A stretch of 61,649 nt of DNA, filler included. It is 7 parts of 7 records of this genome, joined end to end, with 100 filler letters (N's around TTAATTAATTAA, not from the genome) between each part and the next. Parts side by side here need not be neighbours in the genome. Positions count along the whole stretch, not along the records: positions 55,385 to 61,649 come from DRR723986_23383; 6 more parts are not named here. One strand, given 5' to 3'. Position numbers and translations under genes: made by a program. Below are positions 58,575-61,649 of the stretch, in pieces; position 1 is the stretch's first letter, and every line of letters begins with the position of its first letter. The notes under the pieces are model-generated. The model worked only from the letters and a program-made list of their open reading frames with translations, had not been told where the DNA came from and ran no database searches.

Positions 58575-60239
58575 TTATACCTCGATCTTCTTGGGGCGGC
58601 GGCGTTCGAACCATAGCAGGATCACAAGCCGGGTAACGTAGATGGCGGTAAAGACCGAGGTCACGATCCCCAGCCCAAGGGTGATGGCAAAGCCCCGCAC
58701 CGGACCGGACCCCATGACATAGAGGATCACAGCCGTGATGAAGGTGGTGATATTGGCGTCATAGATCGCCGAGCGGGCTTTTTCATAGCCAAGCTCGATG
58801 GCTCGCGCCGGGCCTTTGGCGGTTTTCAACTCTTCCCGGATACGCTCGAAAATCAGCACGTTGGCGTCAACCGCCATACCGATGGTCAACACGATCCCGG
58901 CGATGCCCGGCAGGGTCAGCGTCGCCCCGATGGCCGACAAAAGCCCGAAGATCAACGCCACGTTGATGATCAGCGCGATATTGGCGAAGACCCCGAACAG
59001 GCCGTAGCTTGCCACCATGAAGACCAGCACCGCGATGCCTGCAACCATGGCAGCCACTTCGCCCGCGGCTATGCTGTCGGCACCCAGTTCAGGGCCGATG
59101 GTGCGTTCTTCCAGGAAGGTCATTTCAGCGGGCAGGGCCCCGGCGCGCAGCAGCACCGCCAGTTCGGTCGATCCTTCGACGGTGAAGTTGCCGCTGATCT
59201 GCCCCGAGCCGCCGCAGATGGCCTCTCGGATCGTGGGGGCGGAGAGGACGTGTTCGTCCAGAACGATGGCGAAAGGTGCGCCCACGTTGTTCTGGCTGTA
59301 TTCGCAGAAGGTGCGGGCACCGGCGGTGTTCAGCCGGAAGGTCACCACGGGTTGCCCGTTCTGATCGAAGGCAGGCTGTGCATCGGTCAGGTCTTCGCCG
59401 GTCAGAACAGGCGATTGTTCCAGCCGGTAGAGCACGTTGTCATCCTCTACATCCGGCAGAACGATTTCCCGTGCGCCCGCTTCCACATCACCGCCGCTGC
59501 CGCGTCCGGTCACCGGATGGAATGTCAGCTGTGCGGTGGTTCCAATGAGACGCTTCAGTTCCTCGGCGCTGCCGATGCCGGGCACCTGGATCAGGATGCG
59601 CCGGTCGCCCTGGCGCTGGATCGTGGGTTCGCGGGTGCCGACTTCATCGACACGGCGGCGCACGATCTCGATCGACTGGCGCATGGTGCGGTCGTCGGTG
59701 GCGGCGCGTTCTGCCTCGGACAGGGTGACAATGATCACATCGCCCTCGGCCCGGATATCGAGCGTTGATGCCCCCACACCCGTCAGGCTGCTGACCGGCT
59801 GCGACAGGACACGCACCGCGTCCAGTGCCGCGTCCATGCCCTCGGATTGAGAAATTCGCACGTGCAGTTCATCCGCAGGCGAGGCCTGCCGCCGGATCGT
59901 GCCGACCGTATCGCGCACTTCGCGCAGGGCATCGCGCACATCCGGCCACAACCCGTCGATCCGCGTGGCGTAGACATCCTCGACCTGAACCTCGGCCAGC
60001 AGATGCGCGCCACCGCGCAGGTCCAGCCCCAGATTGACAAGCGAAGAGGGCAGGAAGCCGGGCCAGCCGGACAGATCGTCTGCCACATCTTCCTCGGTTG
60101 CCGTGCCGGCCTCGATGGCGGCAGCGGCGTCGTTATGGCGTTCCACCCGGGGGTAGAACAGATTGGGCATCGCAAACGCGAGCCCGAGGGCGACGAGGCC
60201 CCAGATCAGAACCCGGTTCCAGAGGGGGATATTGAGCAT
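58575..60239 (-). CDS. secD: Protein translocase subunit SecD
   Basis: NLGLDLRGG, RRVDEVGTREP, LTLPGIAGIVLTIGMAVDANVLIFERIREE, DANITT. Confidence 0.96.
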   Translation of the reverse strand: MLNIPLWNRVLIWGLVALGLAFAMPNLFYPRVERHNDAAAAIEAGTATEEDVADDLSGWPGFLPSSLVNLGLDLRGGAHLLAEVQVEDVYATRIDGLWPDVRDALREVRDTVGTIRRQASPADELHVRISQSEGMDAALDAVRVLSQPVSSLTGVGASTLDIRAEGDVIIVTLSEAERAATDDRTMRQSIEIVRRRVDEVGTREPTIQRQGDRRILIQVPGIGSAEELKRLIGTTAQLTFHPVTGRGSGGDVEAGAREIVLPDVEDDNVLYRLEQSPVLTGEDLTDAQPAFDQNGQPVVTFRLNTAGARTFCEYSQNNVGAPFAIVLDEHVLSAPTIREAICGGSGQISGNFTVEGSTELAVLLRAGALPAEMTFLEERTIGPELGADSIAAGEVAAMVAGIAVLVFMVASYGLFGVFANIALIINVALIFGLLSAIGATLTLPGIAGIVLTIGMAVDANVLIFERIREELKTAKGPARAIELGYEKARSAIYDANITTFITAVILYVMGSGPVRGFAITLGLGIVTSVFTAIYVTRLVILLWFERRRPKKIEV

Positions 60240-60259
60240 CGTCGCGCCTTCAGGTCTGA

Positions 60260-60541
60260 TTATTCGCTTGCGGGTTCGGTCTTGTTCACGACGCGCACGA
60301 TGGTGCTGCGAACGACGCGGACCTTGACGTTGTCGGCCAGTTCGACCTCGACCTCTTCATCGTCCTTGACCTTGGTGATCTTGCCGATGAACCCGCCAGA
60401 GGTGATCACCTGATCGCCCCGGCGCAGGGCTTCGATCATGGCCTGATGCTGCTTTCGCTGCTGCTGCTGCGGGCGGATCATCAGGAAATACATGATCACG
60501 AAGATCAGGATAAGCGGGATAAAGCTGCCGATGGCTTCCAT
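60260..60541 (-). CDS. yajC: Preprotein translocase subunit YajC
   Basis: IMYFLMIRPQQ..LRRGDQVITSGGFIGKI. Confidence 0.93.
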   Translation of the reverse strand: MEAIGSFIPLILIFVIMYFLMIRPQQQQRKQHQAMIEALRRGDQVITSGGFIGKITKVKDDEEVEVELADNVKVRVVRSTIVRVVNKTEPASE

Positions 60542-60731
60542 TCTGGGGCGTCCTTTTTTGGTCCGTGGCACGGGTGGCCAACGCTATGGGCGCCCCCGTG
60601 AAATCGGCGGCACGTTACTGGCGCAAAAGGAGAAGCGCAAGGCGCGCTGGCCGCGATTGCCCCTCCCCAAGGCCGGTTTCATGGGCATATGGTGTGTGAC
60701 GGGGGAAACGCAATGCGTGGAAGGGTGGATA

Positions 60732-61649
60732 ATGAGTGACATAGTGACCTTGCCGGTCAGCCCGGAAACATTTTGGGGGCTTGTTGCGTTCGGGGCGGTG
60801 CTGCTGGCGATCATGGCGGTCTTCGGCGTTTTGTCCGGGGTGAAGCCCGAGGCCGAGGATACGCCCTTCACCCGCCTCAGGGCACGGCTTGGCATGGCGG
60901 GGCTGCCAGAGCCGGTCTTCGCGCTTTGCCTGATCCTGTGGGGGGCGATCTTCGCCGCGCTGCTAATTGGCCTGCTCTGGACCATCATCAGCGCCGCCTT
61001 CCATGCGCCCGCCAGAACCGAGGACGCGCAGACCGTCCTGCGCTTTATCCTGATCTCGCTCACCGCCCTGACCGCGACCCTTGGTGCGGTGGTGGCCTTC
61101 CCCGTCACGCTGATCCGCATCGCCCTGACACGAAAGCAGACCGACACGGCGGAAGAGGCGCTGTTCAACGACAAGATCAATGCAGCGGCTGAGGGGCTGG
61201 CCGCAAGACGGCAGGTAACGAAAGCCGTCGCGCCCGGAGGCAGCTACAAACTGCATCAGGATTTCTGGGAGGACGACCTCGTCACCCGTGCCAGTGCAAT
61301 TGATAGGCTGGAAGGTCTGGCCAACGAACGCCCCGACACCGCCGCCCGCGTCGCGCGGATGCTGTCGATTTATGTGCGGGAGCTGAGCCGGGAATATCCG
61401 GCGAAGAAACCGCCGGAAGGCGCGTCACCGGACGAGTTGCGAGACTGGGCAGCAAAGCTCACGCACATCCGCCCGGATATGGAGAAAGCGGCCCAAAGCC
61501 TCGGCCGGCTATTGCGCATTGATGGGCATGACATTTCACCCGCCGACATCGACCTGAGACAGGCCAACCTGCAAGGATTCGATCTGGCAACCTTGAATTT
61601 CGCCAACGCCCGTTTTGACGGCGCGAAGATGCAGGGGGCTTACCTCAGG
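60732..61649 (+). CDS. Membrane protein with C-terminal pentapeptide repeats (runs off window)
   Basis: Manual translation from ATG 60732: 3 TM segments, RASAIDRLEGLA, MLSIYVRE, then IDLRQANLQGFDLATLNFANARFDGAKMQGAYL. Confidence 0.8.
   Translation, partial: MSDIVTLPVSPETFWGLVAFGAVLLAIMAVFGVLSGVKPEAEDTPFTRLRARLGMAGLPEPVFALCLILWGAIFAALLIGLLWTIISAAFHAPARTEDAQTVLRFILISLTALTATLGAVVAFPVTLIRIALTRKQTDTAEEALFNDKINAAAEGLAARRQVTKAVAPGGSYKLHQDFWEDDLVTRASAIDRLEGLANERPDTAARVARMLSIYVRELSREYPAKKPPEGASPDELRDWAAKLTHIRPDMEKAAQSLGRLLRIDGHDISPADIDLRQANLQGFDLATLNFANARFDGAKMQGAYLR

Overview
The window is not one locus. It is seven unrelated bacterial contigs joined by identical 100-nt linkers (44 N + TTAATTAATTAA + 44 N). 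Taxon labels below are inferred from gene content only. (1) 1-5818, Rhodobacteraceae-like: TPR-sulfotransferase, porin, DUF3576, GT4 glycosyltransferase, mcl2. (2) 5919-16367, Marinobacter-like gammaproteobacterium: aer fragment, PAS-GGDEF-EAL gene with a nonsense codon, AraC regulator, RND pump, DAHP synthase. (3) 16468-27172, planctomycete: ECF sigma/Ser-Thr kinase pair, TPR and secreted repeat proteins, REP-like repeats. (4) 27273-38944, FCB-group (Ignavibacteria/Kapabacteria-like): AddB-like nuclease, ymdB-flbD-OMP-rsbW-GT cluster, PduO-type adenosyltransferase. (5) 39045-44434, planctomycete: cNMP-TrxB-like oxidoreductase, PVC-type heme protein, GxxExxY cassette. (6) 44535-55284, lower-GC alphaproteobacterium: eroding amine/polyamine catabolic cluster, TonB receptor. 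(7) 55385-61649, Rhodobacteraceae-like: yajC-secD-secF region. Two signals stand out. The first is an unannotated 45-aa leader peptide with a YFWWFGYGFYF block plus a full set of alternative RNA helices upstream of DAHP synthase, a candidate ribosome attenuator sensing Phe, Tyr and Trp together. The second is a GxxExxY nuclease gene bracketed by 34-nt inverted repeats, lying next to a gene-less copy of the same unit. This suggests a mobile cassette with a non-autonomous derivative.
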